From NCBI GenBank assembly GCA_951406725.2, contig OX597832.1:46810001-46874000 (forward strand): DNA of 64,000 nt, read 5' to 3'. Positions within the stretch are counted from its first letter, which is position 1. Each line of letters begins with the position of its first letter. The position numbers were made by a program, and so were the translations under genes. This document shows, in pieces, positions 1 to 13,330 of this stretch. This DNA comes from Octopus vulgaris (lineage: Eukaryota). The notes under the pieces were generated by a model. It did not search any database. It saw nothing but the letters and a program-made list of their open reading frames with translations, and was not told the DNA's origin.

Positions 1-249
1 ATGTCATATAAAAACCAGAGAACATCTACTTCGGGTCATAGATTTTGAGATCCCAAACAAGACCTACAAGCTATGACTTTATAACAGTTTTCATTCTTAA
101 TCTCTACTAATATTCTTTCAATTCATCGGTTTAAATATGATTACATTTATTCGGAGTTCTTTTTATTCTTTCACATTCTATTCCAGATTGTTCTGTCCCA
201 GATATCGTACCTTCTGCGAATTTCTTTTATTTACATCTGTTTTCGGTTT

Positions 250-1570
250 GAGTCTTGCGTAACCTTCACTGCTTTTCAGCTGATTCTGTCAGTGATTTGA
301 GCAGAATTTACTTGCTAGAGAATATATTTTTTGCTGGAGAATTATATACAGACAACATACTGGCACTCCACACCAGGGTTTTAAAGCAGTTTATTTCTTA
401 TGTGGTCTGGGTTGCTGGTTTCAAGCACCCTTGTAAAACCTCCTTATAACAATAATCTGGTTTTTCCTTTTGTTTTCTTGTTTATTGTTGAGTTAAGTTG
501 TATTTCCTAATGTAAGAGATTAGTGTCAGCTTATTGTAATCATGTTATCGTTGTATACGTGCTCGCAAACATAAGCGAGATAGTCGTGCTGAGCTATCTT
601 TTTCTGATCCGGAGATGTTGCTTTTCTGCTACGGTCACAAGTTTCATTCGATGTTGATACATATTTAAGACCTCAACCGTAATCTCAGCGTAGGAATTAT
701 TTTCTCTCAACATCCCATTTAATACTCTTTACTCTTTTACTCTTTTTACTTGATTCAGTCATTTGACAGCGGCCATGCTGGAGCACCGCCTTTAGTCGAC
801 CCCCATGCCTTATTCTTTTGTAAGCCCAGCACTTATTGTATCGGTCTGCTTTGCCGAACTGCTAAGTTACGGGGACGCAAACACACCAGCATCGGTTGTC
901 AAGCGATGTTGGGGGGTCAAACACAGACACACAAACATATATATATACATATATACGACGGGCTTCTTTCAGTTTCCGTCTACCAAATCCACTCACAAGG
1001 CCTTGGTCGGCCCGAGGCTATAGTAGAAGACACTTGCTCAAGGTGCCACGCAGTGGGAGTGAACCCGGAACCATGTGGCTGGTAAGCAAGCTACTTACCA
1101 CACAGCCACTCCTACGCCTATTGGTAACATTTCCAATAGTTCCATTCAAAATTTCCAGGATCTTTTTTTCTGTCCTGTATAGCTTTTGAAGTAAATTGTT
1201 GTGGAGTGAACTAACACCACTGCACGTGACTTGTGAGTGCACTGGATGAGTCTTATAAATAGAGTAGCCATTTTGACCCGTGCTTCGCTCGGATTTTGGT
1301 GGTGCTGGTGGTGTTTTCTCCGTGTTGTCTCCTTTTCCCTTTCTTCTTTTGTTCGTCTTCTTTGATTTTCCCATATTCCTCACCAAAGCAACCAAACGGT
1401 AGCCCCGAGCGACTTGCAACCCTCCTCTCACCATTGCCCACACCATTTTACCCCCCACACCCGTGTAAATTTTGGCGCCAATCCGACCCCATCTATCGCT
1501 CCTTAAAATGTTCCCGTCCCAAAATGTGACAAATAACGAAGAAATCAAACAACTTTTTCTCATTTCAGCA
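250..1570 (-). mobile_element. Decayed 5' part (5'UTR plus ORF1-like) of a non-LTR retrotransposon, split by a SINE A insertion
   Basis: Minus-strand reading MGKSKKTNKRRKGK...KKILEILNGTIGNVTN stops at the SINE edge (about 1121) and appears to resume past it (IKWDVERNNSYAEITVEV, about 722-670). A degenerate C..HIRNNC zinc-knuckle-like stretch lies near 385-450. Many frameshifts; the ORF1 assignment is inference. Confidence 0.4.
724..1119 (-). mobile_element. tRNA-derived SINE family A, full length
   Basis: Reverse complement has A box TGGCTGTGTGG, B box GGGTTCACTCCC, CORE-like CACCTTGAGCAAGTGTCTT, internal (TA)n, tail hairpin CTGTCAAATGACTG and (GTAAAAGA)n end. Confidence 0.9.
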
Positions 1571-1583
1571 TTATAGATATCGA

Positions 1584-2011
1584 AGTGGCTGTGTGGTAAG
1601 TAGCTTGTTTACCAACCACATGGTTCCGGGTTCAGTCCCACTGCGTACCACATTGGGCAAGTGTCTTCTACTATAGCCTCGGGCCGACCAAAGCCTTGTG
1701 AGTGGATTTGGTAGACGGAAACTGAAAGAAGCCCGTCGTATATATGTATATATATATATATATATGTGTGTGTGTATGTACGTGTATGTTTGTATGTCTG
1801 TGTTTCTCTCCCCAACATCGCTTGACAACCGATGCTGGTGTGTTTATGTCCCCTTCACTTAGCGGTTCGGCAAAAGAGACCGATAGAATAAGTACTGGGC
1901 TTACAAAGAATAAGTCCCGGGGTCGATTAGCTCGACTGAAGGCGGTGCTCCAGCATGGCCGCAGTCAAATGACTGAAACAAGTAAAAGAGAGAGTAAAAG
2001 AGAGAGAGAGT
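1584..2011 (+). mobile_element. SINE family A
   Basis: GTGGCTGTGTGGTAAG...GGGTTCAGTCCC head, internal (TA)n(TG)n, tail GCAGTCAAATGACTGAAACAAGTAAAAGAG. Confidence 0.9.
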
Positions 2012-2538
2012 AGACAGTTGGGGTCGAACTGAGAGCGTTAGTCTCGTTATTGATTCTGCGTTGGAGTACTGGATTGTTATGGTGCAAACGGTTATGAGAT
2101 AACGAACTCTTGTTACATTTGGTATTGTGACATATTATATACGCACACACATCATATGTTGTCACTGACGATACAACATAAATATTTCAGGTCAAATTTA
2201 GGGACGGTCTAAGTACATACAGACATACATACATATGCAAGTCATAAGCGTGTGGCAGACTTACATTACCGACAGCCATATTTTCTATACTATAAATTGT
2301 TTAGCATTCAAATTACTTTGTCAGATGTAATGCTTATTTATTTACATTGTTTTGAATTAATCCTCAGTGGACCTCATTTGAATATTCTAAAATGCTGGTT
2401 AAAAGCTAAAGTGTTAAAGTACTACTTTCTCTGGTACGGATTGCATGTGATATCATACTTATCCATGACACTTATAATACTCACGATAATAGCCCTCATC
2501 ATTTTGAAAAAAGTGCACTGTGTATATATGTATGCATA

Positions 2539-3123
<585 letters not shown>

Positions 3124-3431
3124 TTTTATATCAATATGCAGTTACTTTTATGTATATTTGTGTAGTCATTTATATAAATCTATATATATATATATATAAA
3201 TGTGTGTGCGTGTGCGTGCGTGTGTGTGTGCATACACACATACATACACACATACATACACTTTCACACAACATATACACACATTTAAACGATGACACTC
3301 CCCTATCGGTTTTATTATTTTTACTATCATTGTTAATCGTCGTCAGAAGTTACAAAGTGATTGAAGGCCCGAAGGTTTCGTGCATGCCATTTATAACATG
3401 CGTGCATATCATGCCGTCATACTTGTGTACG

Positions 3432-3502
<71 letters not shown>

Positions 3503-3505
<3 letters not shown>

Positions 3506-3779
3506 AGAAGTACTGGTGTTATTGAGACCCAAAGGTGTCAGGTAATGCTGAATAAGTGCTATAAACAGAGCATAGTTAAGTTCCAAGTTCGGTAATTTTG
3601 CGAATAAGGCCTTCCACGTTGGTCATATGTCAGCGTGTGTATAAACATCCTCTCACACCGTCTCCGATGAAGGGTTATCATTGATAAATATCCTGGAAAC
3701 ATCTGTAAGACCTTCTTTCTATAAATGTTCTATCTACACAGCCTTTGGTTTTATATCTCATTACGTAAAAAAATTCTAA
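3503..3779 (+). mobile_element. (TA)n-embedded Penelope pLTR-like / retrozyme-like element, family H1
   Basis: Unique segment of about 280 bp bounded by (TA)n on both sides, containing a hammerhead fold. Confidence 0.55.
3660..3711 (+). ncRNA. Minimal type I hammerhead ribozyme-like motif (CCGAUGA core variant)
   Basis: GTCT-CCGATGA-AGGGTTAT...ATATCCTG-GAAAC-ATCT-GTA-AGAC. Stem I GTCT/AGAC, imperfect stem II, short stem III, GUA triplet. Confidence 0.55.
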
Positions 3780-3800
3780 TATATGTATATATATATATAT

Positions 3801-3990
3801 TTTCTTTTCCTGTGTCTTCCCTTCTCGGGATCTTTCCTTCTCCTATGTTTCCGACGAAGAGCTCCACTCGAAACGTTAAACCCTCCTTCTTCCCTTCTTT
3901 CCTGAACGTCCAATAATACTTTATTTGTTCCACGTCCTCGCGTTGTTGTGTTTTTTTTTGTTGTTTTGTGTTTTCTTGTTTGGATTAACT
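3801..3990 (+). mobile_element. (TA)n-embedded hammerhead element, family H2
   Basis: About 190 bp between (TA)n tracts, ending TTTGGATTAACT(AT)n. Inverted copy at 13326-13530. Confidence 0.7.
3847..3881 (+). ncRNA. Minimal type I hammerhead ribozyme-like motif (CCGACGA core variant)
   Basis: GTTT-CCGACGA-A-GAG ctcca CTC-GAAACGTT-AAAC. Stem I GTTT/AAAC, stem II GAG/CTC, palindromic ACGT stem III (dimer type). Confidence 0.65.
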
Positions 3991-4580
3991 ATATATATAT
4001 ATATATATATATACATGCATACATGCATACTTATAAAATTCTTAAGTGATTATTATAATTGTTGCACCAAGTTTCATAATTAGAATTTCTGAATAATCGT
4101 CAGACGATAGGCCCATAATCACCCCAGACAAGTAAATATAAGAATGATTAGCTAACGACTCCAGAATGCATTGAAGTAAATTTGTTGGGTAGCAGATTCA
4201 GCTTAAGTTTTTCTTTTTCTTTTCTTTTTAGTTGTTTTGTTTTGGTTTGTTTTGTTATTCTACTTGTCAAGTTTTCTACTGTGCTTAAACATACATTAAG
4301 AACACAAAAAAAATATAACAAAATATAAAATATATACTAATAATAATACCACCGCCAAAAATAACAAAAAAAAAAATAACACAACAGCAGCAGTCGCAGC
4401 AATTTTGTCAATAATAAGAAGCTGATCTTAAACAGAAACACGACTATGTTACATTATCGATTTCGTAGATAGGCACAAGAGCAGCATACAATTGGGGATA
4501 TCGATTTGAATATTTGGCTGGTTCTTTATTTTGTTAAGGCAGTGAGCTAAGAGAATCGTTGGCACGTTGGGTAAAATATT

Positions 4581-4860
4581 TACTCTTTTACTTGTTTCAG
4601 TCATTTGATTGCGGCCATGCTGGAGCACCACCTTTAATCGAGCAACTCGACCCCGGGACTTATTCTTTTGTAAGCCCAGTACTTATTCTATCGGTCTCTA
4701 TGGCCGAACCGCTAATTGACGGGGACGCAAAAACACCAGCATCGGTTGTCAAGCAATGCTAGGGGGACAAACACAGACACACAAACACACACGCACATAC
4801 ATATATATACATATATACGACGGGCTTCTTTCAGTTTCCGTCTACCAAATCCACTCACAA
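4581..4860 (-). mobile_element. SINE family A lacking its 5' head, abutting a LINE fragment
   Basis: Tail and body match family A; similarity stops at CCACTCACAA|GTACC. Confidence 0.85.
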
Positions 4861-5301
4861 GTACCACTTGAAAAGGAAGGTGAGAATGGAGAGGCAGGTT
4901 TTGTCTCGCGAAAGTTTCAAAAAAAGGTGGGTGAATGTAGCAAAGATGGTGCGTGCGAGTGACGAAAACACTTTGAGCATGATCCTGTAAATCGTAACAG
5001 AGAGAGAGAAAGAGTACTTTTCTCTCGTGTGTTTAATTCCTCCCTGACTGACGTTATCGTGGTCTTTTTTGTAGGCTTTTCTTCCCAAGGATGAATCTAA
5101 TCTTGTTTCTTACTGTTTAAAAAATTTGTTTCTGTGATACACGATCCCTTTTGGTCGCTTTTTTTTACCGATCCCTTTTGATCGGAATTTTACATTTGTC
5201 TCCTTTTTTGTTCCTTTTTCCTTTTTCCATCTTTGAAAAGAAATGCTCTACATTTGTATTTGTCCCCTCAGTATTCAGCCCTGTGTGACCAATAAAGAAA
5301 C

Positions 5302-5302
<1 letters not shown>
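4861..5302 (+). mobile_element. 5'-truncated LINE 3' end (L1/Tx1-like ORF2 C-terminus plus 3'UTR)
   Basis: Reads YHLKRKVRMERQVLSRESFKKRWVNVAKMVRASDENTLSMIL*, followed by a T-rich 3'UTR ending CAGCCCTGTGTGACCAATAAAGAAAC and then (TATC)n. Clade assignment is from the R..E..F..W pattern. Confidence 0.6.
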
Positions 5303-5340
<38 letters not shown>

Positions 5341-5559
5341 AAAACAACAAACAAGGGGCTTCTATGAAGTCACTTGATAATTTAGCGGTAACAATGAAAA
5401 TCATCCATTCTACCGTTGGAACGAGTACGTTAGGTCATATGTATCGTAGGCATACAATAATTGTGGAGAGTCACCGCCTGGATGCTGTCTGATCATTTGA
5501 GGAGGCTGACTGGGGGAGTGGAGGGTTAGAAATAAAAGATAACTAATCGTTGATAAGAC

Positions 5560-5562
5560 CAG

Positions 5563-5618
<56 letters not shown>

Positions 5619-5890
5619 TTACTACTACTACTACTAATTTTACTTAATCACCACCGGCATTTTTTGCTCTTAAGCCAATATCATATAACATCTATGTATG
5701 TATGTGTGTATGTATGTATGTATGTATGTATGTATGTATGTGTGTGTGTATGTATGTATGTATGTATGTATGTATGTATGTATGTATGTGTGTGTGTGTA
5801 TGTATGTATGTATGTATGTATGTGTGTGTGTATGTATGTATGTATGTATGAATGTATGTGTATGTATGTATGTATCTATCTATCTATTTA
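5560..5890. repeat. (CTA)n and (TATG)n microsatellites
   Basis: Seen directly. Confidence 0.95.
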
Positions 5891-5979
5891 GCTGTCTGCT
5901 GTTTGTTTACCTATCTGTCTATCTATGATCTTATCACCGATACATACATCATACGCGCGCGCGCACACATACACACCGC

Positions 5980-6684
5980 CCCACCACCATCACCACCACC
6001 ACCCCCACACTATTAACAACATCTGAATCACCACTGACTTAACTACCACCAGCACATAAATACTGTATTACCAACAAAGCCACCACCGCCACCACCACCA
6101 CCACCACCACAACCACCACCACCATCAACTGCCGGCACAACCATCCGCACCGACAACGCCGCCGCCGAAGCCAACGTCAGCAGCAGCAGCAGCAGCGGCA
6201 CCACCGACACCACCACCACTACCACCACCATCAGCATCCTCCTCAGTAACACCATCAGCACCACTCTCACCAGCGCCACCAACACCACTACTGCCACCAC
6301 CATCATCACCATCACCATCATCATCATCATCAACATCACCAGCACGACTCTCACCAGCGCCACCACCACCATCATCCTCATCATCATCAGCAGCAGCATC
6401 CCCATTATCATCAAACAGCTGTAGTATGGAGAGATGATGTACTAAATGACTTGCCGTCAGCCAAAACTATCTCATGTCTATCGATTGCCATCGCCCTGCC
6501 CCCGCCCCTACCCCCCACTCCACCTTCCCGATCGACGCTCCCTTCGTAGCCACCGCCACTAGGAAATCAATACAACAGTTAATAGACCTGAAACACGCAT
6601 TGGTGAAGACGACGAGGGGAGACGAAGGGGGGAGGCGAGGACGAAGGTGTTCAAAATGATGGCGATGATGATGATGATGATGAC

Positions 6685-6721
<37 letters not shown>

Positions 6722-6753
6722 GTGTTGATGATGATGATGATGATGATGACGAC

Positions 6754-6808
<55 letters not shown>

Positions 6809-6978
6809 GTGTTGATGATGATGATGATGATGATGACGATGATGATGATGATGACGATGATGATGATGATGACGATGATGATGATGATGATAATGATGGT
6901 GGTGGTGATGGTGGTGGTGGTGATGATGATGGTGATGATGATGATGGTGATGATGGTGATGGTGATGATGATGAAGAA

Positions 6979-7014
<36 letters not shown>

Positions 7015-7017
7015 GAA

Positions 7018-7060
<43 letters not shown>

Positions 7061-7114
7061 GTAGTGATGATGATGATGGTGGTGGTGGTGGTTGGTGGTG
7101 ATGATGATGATGAT

Positions 7115-7175
<61 letters not shown>

Positions 7176-7290
7176 CGACGACGACGATGAAGGCGACGAC
7201 GCTGCTGATGACCATGATCATGATCATGATGGTAGTGGTGATTGTAATGATGATGATGTCGTTGATGATGATGATGATGATTAGTATGAT
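5980..7290. repeat. Compound trinucleotide arrays: (CAC/CAT/CAG)n at 5980-6412 and (GAT/GGT)n at 6655-7290
   Basis: Seen directly; source of the poly-H, poly-M and poly-I ORFs. Confidence 0.95.
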
Positions 7291-7736
7291 GGAGGAAGAA
7301 AAAGAAATGAACGTGTAAGGTGTGAATGTGAGACGTACATATATCCACACACACGCACACACACATATATATATGCGTGCCTGTGTATGTGTGTGTGTGG
7401 TTGTGTGCGCGTGTCTATATATAGATGTAAGTATTTATACATATATATATTTGTACGTATACGTACGCATATATGCATGTATCCATGTATGCATGTATGC
7501 ATTATTGTATTGTATTGTATTATTGTATCAATAAATGCATACACGTGTAGGTGAGTGTATGTGTGTACCTATTTGCTTATATATCACGTTTGTGTCTGTT
7601 TCTATACCTTTTCTTTATCTTCTCCACATCTTATCTGACGATGTGCATGCAAACGGCCTGCTTTACACATACATACGTACATAGACAGACAGATAGATAG
7701 ACAGATAGGACGGTAGATAACTAGATAGATAGATGA

Positions 7737-7801
<65 letters not shown>

Positions 7802-7837
7802 TAGATAGATAGATAAATAAATACGTACATACATACT

Positions 7838-7909
<72 letters not shown>

Positions 7910-8545
7910 TATGTGTATGTGTGCGTGTGTATATGTGTGTAGGTGTGTAGGTGTGTGTGTGCTTGAGAGCGTCTGTGTGTATGTGTGTGTGAAGCAAATT
8001 GAAGCCAGATAAAAGAGAGGGAAAAAATGTGAGAGATATCAGAAAAGCATGTATAAACTAGAAACGAAGAGAAATGGCGCTGGAGACTAACACCGGCGAT
8101 GGACGAGCCTGGAGGAGGATGGGGGTGAGGTCGGTGGAAATGAGGAGAGTATGTAAAGAGTATAACAGAACGAGGAGGAGGAGGAGGAGGAGGAGGAGGA
8201 GGATGCTGGCATGGAACGAGAGAGACAGAGGGGGTAGAGAAAGAAATATACGTAAAGAAAGGAAGAACCATCGTTTAAGGACATCATTGTATGGAAAATA
8301 CTTATATCTGGTTTAGTATCTTATATAGAGAGTTTTAAGTGATTAGAGAGAGAGAAAGAGAGAGTGACAGAGAACAAGACAGAGAGAGGGGGGGAGATAG
8401 AGAGGAGGGAAACGTGGTGAAAGAAGAATAAAGTCAATGAATCTGAGTTTAAAAAAACATGTAGTGACCTATCTATCTATATGCCTATCTATTTATCTAT
8501 CTATCTATCGATTTGTTTGTCAGTCTGTCTGTCTATCTATAATCG

Positions 8546-8606
<61 letters not shown>

Positions 8607-8622
8607 CATACATTTATATATA

Positions 8623-8663
<41 letters not shown>

Positions 8664-8746
8664 ACATATACATAAGTGTGTCTGTATGGAGGCATATAAA
8701 CACATATATACACACACGTGTGTATGTATGTATATATGTATGTATG

Positions 8747-8798
<52 letters not shown>

Positions 8799-9119
8799 GA
8801 GGTACCGTAACACGACTACAACTGTCATGTTAGAAGTAACACAACTCTGTCTTTGTGTGTGACGCGAGTGGTGGCGTGTCAGTGGGTGTGTAAAAAGGCG
8901 GGAAAGTGGAAGGGAAATCTGTACGTCAGATAATTACGATCAGTTGTGTCTGAGGGCATACCAAACTTGGAAACAGCACCTAAAATAACGATCGAGAGAG
9001 TGAGTGAATGAGTGAGTGAGTAAGTGAGGGAGTGAGTGTGTGTGTGTGTGTATGTGTATCAGTGAGTGTGTGCGTGTGTACGTCTGTAATAATATATGTA
9101 GTGAGATATACACACACAT

Positions 9120-9151
<32 letters not shown>

Positions 9152-9152
<1 letters not shown>

Positions 9153-9427
9153 CAAATGGGACAAGAATACAAAACATCCGGACAGTTAAGTGATACAAAA
9201 ATAGGACAACAAAACATCAAGATAGACGATAGAAGAAAACAAGGACGGGTCATTCAAAGTTTCCTTTCCTCAGTCGAGTACCAGAGTATCTTCGCAATTT
9301 CGGCTGATTATACGCTAGATTGCTCCAATCTGGCCAGCCCCAAGGAAAATCTAAGCTAAGAGCATTAGAAAAATGTGTACTTACATATAAGAGACCGAAG
9401 TGTACGCAAGCCGTTATATATCTATCC

Positions 9428-9485
<58 letters not shown>

Positions 9486-9565
9486 CAAAATGGGACAAGA
9501 ACGCAAAACATCCGGAGAGTTAGGTGATAGAAAAATGGGTCGACAAAACATCCAGATAGACGATT
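9152..9565. mobile_element. Two partial tandem copies of a (TA)n-embedded short element (family H5); third copy at 61063-61136
   Basis: Shared ATGGGACAAGAA(C/T)(G/A)CAAAACATCCGGA..GTTA.GTGATA at 9156 and 9490, each following (TA)n. Confidence 0.65.
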
Positions 9566-9570
9566 ATATA

Positions 9571-9623
<53 letters not shown>

Positions 9624-9824
9624 CGTGCATGTGGAAGAGAGTGTTTATGTTAGTTAAATTATTAGATTGATAGACAGACAGACAGACAGATTGATAGATA
9701 GATAGATCGATCGATCGACAGGCAGACAGACAGACATATAGATAGGCATGGAAATACCTCGAATGAGTATAATGAACAACACTTAGACGTATGTATGTCA
9801 GAAGGAAAAAGTGAGGGAGATGTG

Positions 9825-9855
<31 letters not shown>

Positions 9856-10552
9856 GTGGGGGCAATATGTTAGATAAAACTTACGACTAAAGGAATTATA
9901 GCATTAAAAAAATATGACGGAGTGAATTAGCGAGAAAGAGAGCGGGCGGAAGATAAAGAGAAAGCGTGTTTCTCTAGTTTTCATGAATTGTGTGTACATG
10001 TGGACAAATTGTGTATATGCGTATACGAACGTGTTTCTGCATCTATCTGAAATTGCACATCAACAATTTATTGAACTATCAGATTTGAATTAGTTGACAT
10101 GAGCGAACACGAAATTAGGTTAATGGCCTTGTCCTCTGGATCATTAAAATACAAATAGCAGAACGAGCAAGCTGATGAGAGTTCGTTAATTTATGAAGAA
10201 TGTAATGTGTATGACACAGAAGCATACATTTTGTTTTGATGCATGAGCTATGAGCTCTACTGGTTTCTATAATTTAGCGCAAATCCCAGCTTAATATAGA
10301 TTAAAAATTTCAAACTCACGGTATTTATCTAGTACGAGCAAAACGCCTCCCCTCGCCGTCCAATGGACGGTGCTGAGTTGTCAAACATTTAAACCAAATG
10401 TTCTCAAAACAATTTGTCCGACCGTCCCATAGGCCTCCCCTTTGAGAAACACTGGTTTAACTTAAATTTGAGACACCAGTGAAAGAAGAAATAAAGATAG
10501 ACTTTTTTTCTATTCCAAAGAAAAATGATTTTATTCGCACAAATATTCAACC

Positions 10553-10790
10553 AATGTGTGTGTTTATGAGCGAAACACCTAAGCTCCAATCGGCTCCGGC
10601 AGAAGATAATGGTGAACTTCTGCTGACTCTTCCGCCAAAACTTTCTCTCACTCTTTCTTCCTGCATCTTGCAGCTCACCTGCGACGGAGCGGCGTCCCGT
10701 CGCAGGTGAAGAACCTATACGCCAAAGAAACCGGGAAACCGCCCCTAATAAGCCAGGCATGGCTTGAATAGGATTAAACAACAACAGCTT
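10553..10790 (+). mobile_element. SINE family C, 5'-truncated, tail type 3
   Basis: GAGCGAAACACCTAAGCTCC body and CCTGCATCTTGCAG...AAGCCAGGCATGGCT tail as in the 11832 copy. Confidence 0.8.
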
Positions 10791-11169
10791 TATCTGTACC
10801 AACCACCCCGAGGTTGGCAGCGAAGGAGTAAAAGATAACGTTGACAGTATGCAATATCTGAACTTAGAATCTGAAAACAACAAAACAACAAAAAAAACAT
10901 TGGAAAAACATGGAAAGGAATTTTTTTCTACCCTCTAACAATTCTATAGACTCTCCGCCTTTAATTACCACTAATATGATAAGATCAAATTAAAAGCAGT
11001 ACTGGGAGGGGATTGAGGTCCATATAATTGATTGGTTCCTTCGCTACAATTTCTGGTTTAGCGACCTATCTTAGAGATCATAATTACAATAGGTCGGGTC
11101 AAAGTGAGTTCAAATCACATTCTCTTCTAGTAGTGTTGTTTATTTGATCTTATTTATCTGTGATCAAAT

Positions 11170-11820
11170 GGTGCGAATCGGCAGAATCATTAGAATATAA
11201 AACAAAGAGAGTTGCTCAATGTATTACGGTTCTTAATGGAGGTATTTATGAGTTTAAATAGCACCATACTCATCTTTGCTCTTATCCTCCCCACCCAGGA
11301 GTCAATAAATAAAAATACTACCCAACTATTGGAGTCGGTGGCATGAACTAATCGAAAAAATAAGTACCATTGGTGTACTGGGGTTCATGTAATCGACATT
11401 TCCCCTCCCACAAACTTGCTGGCTTTGTACCAAAATTCGAAACCGATATGTGTGATCAGTAGAGTGGCGATCTGGCAGAATCGTTACCACGTCGGACAAA
11501 ATGCTTAGAAGCATTTCGACCGACTTTACGTTCTGATTTTAAATGCCGTTGACTTTCCTTTTCCTCCTTTCAGAGTTGCTAAAATAAGTACCAGTTGAGT
11601 CGGTGTAATCTACTTACTCCACTCCCATAAATTCCTAGCCTTGTGCCAAAATTTTGAATCTCGTATATGTAATCGGTCGCCGAGTTTGATTTTGCCTTTC
11701 ATCATTTCGGGGTCGATAAAATAAATACCAGTTCAACACTGGAATCGATGTAATCGACTCGGCACCTCCCCCGAAATTGCTGGCCTTGTACCAAAATTTG
11801 AAACCAATAAATGTAATCTA
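11170..11820 (+). mobile_element. Cluster of old SINE family B copies and partial tandem units
   Basis: Repeated TGGCAGAATCGTTA head, GCCTTTCATC.TTTCGGGGTCGATAAAATAA.TACCAG core and GGCCTTGTACCAAAATTTGAAAC tail. Confidence 0.75.
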
Positions 11821-11831
11821 TAAGGCAGTAA

Positions 11832-12137
11832 GTGGAGGAACATTGCCTAGTGGTTAGAGCAGCGGACTCACGTTCGAGGGATCGCGGGTTTGAATCTCAG
11901 ACTGGGCGATGTGTGCGTTTATGAGCGAAACACCTAAGCTCCACGCAGCCCCGGCAGGAGGTAATGGCGAACTTCTGATGACTCTTTTGCCACAACTTTC
12001 TCTCACTCTTTCCTCCTGCATCTTGCAGTTCAGCTACGACGGACCGTAGACCCGTCCAGGTGGGGAACCTATATGCCAAAGAAACTGGGAAACCACCGGC
12101 CCTTATAAGCCAGGCATGGCTCAAGAAGGAACAAACA
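11832..12137 (+). mobile_element. SINE family C, tail type 3, inserted at the head of a SINE B
   Basis: tRNA-like head TTGCCTAGTGGTTAGAGC...GGGTTTGAATC; imperfect duplication ATAAGGCAGTAAG / ATAATGCAGTAGG at the flanks. Confidence 0.85.
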
Positions 12138-12144
12138 TAATGCA

Positions 12145-12360
12145 GTAGGATGGCGGAATCGTTAGCACGCCGGAGAAAATGCTTACCGGCGTTCTGTCCG
12201 TGTTTACGTTCTGAGTTCAAATTCCGCCGTTGCTGACAATGCTGTTTACAGCCTTTCTAGATGGATAAAATAAGTACCAGTTGAGCACTGCGGTTCAGTG
12301 TACTTGACTTACACCCTTTCCTGGAATTGCTGGCCTTATGTCAAAATTTGAAATCAATAT
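12145..12360 (+). mobile_element. SINE family B (old subfamily)
   Basis: TGGCGGAATCGTTAGCACGCCGG...GAGTTCAAATTCCGCCG...ATAAGTACCAGTTGAGCACTG. Confidence 0.8.
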
Positions 12361-13292
12361 CAGTAATCTGTGTGCATGAGGTCTTGCATTTGACCGTGCT
12401 TTTGACTGATTCCAGTGTTTGGTATTTCTTACCAAATTGACTTAAATTTTATAAACAAAATTGCGTTGAGGGAAGGAGGTAATTCAGTTGATGAAAGGAA
12501 GTGCTTATATAGAAATATACATATGTACAATATATATTCATTATTTACCAATATATGTGTGCATACATGCATGCATATATACAAGCATATATAAATTCAT
12601 ACATAGATACGTACGTACAAACATACATACATATAAATTGTATTGTTCAGTTTGGTGTATATGTTATAGAAAACGACCTCCATTTCCTGTAGTAAATAAA
12701 CCACTCATACGTAGATACCAAAGTGCAGTTATTATTTTTCGATTTCAAATTGATGTTTGTAAATGTATAATATAATATTTTCAATAAAAGTTCACACAGT
12801 AAAATATCTTTTTTAGCCTCGAGTCAGAAGGCTAATGTTTCGTACACAAGACTTCTTCTTCGGAGAGAGAGAGAGGTAGAGGTTTCGTGCGTTTGTGTTT
12901 GAGAGAGAATGGAAGATGTAGGGCAGCAGAGAGACATTGGGTGATTAACAATGGTGTTGAATAAATCGTAATCTATTTACAAAGAGCAACTAGTAAACAA
13001 CTTGTGTGTTCCCGGACTAAGATGCTTCTTTTCCCCGACAACACAGTTTTCGGAGCTTTCTAAGACCACCATTAGTTCCATCCGTCCTACTTCTACTGCT
13101 TAACTCTAAATATGTGGTATTATAAAGGCGGCGGTTTGACAGAATCTTTAGCACGCCGGACGAAATTGCTACGTGTTGTAGTTCTGTTTTTCATAGCAGT
13201 CCGGAGAGTTATTGATCAGACCTCGTATATATATATATATATACTCTCATACAGTGATACGTTTCGGCCATTATTGGCCCAAGCTATGTTTA

Positions 13293-13325
<33 letters not shown>

Positions 13326-13330
<5 letters not shown>

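Noticed and set aside
8855-8995. Possible core promoter (GGCGGGAAA, TCAGTT Inr-like)
   Set aside because: Short motifs only, with no matching DPE or TATA and no downstream exon identified.
9255-9320. Minus-strand CTGAGGA and CCGAAA in family H5 as a hammerhead
   Set aside because: I could not build convincing stems I and II in any permutation.
10172-10200. Other CTGATGA heptamers (10172, about 40137, 54211, 60382)
   Set aside because: No stem II followed by GAAA and no NUH site with stem I pairing.
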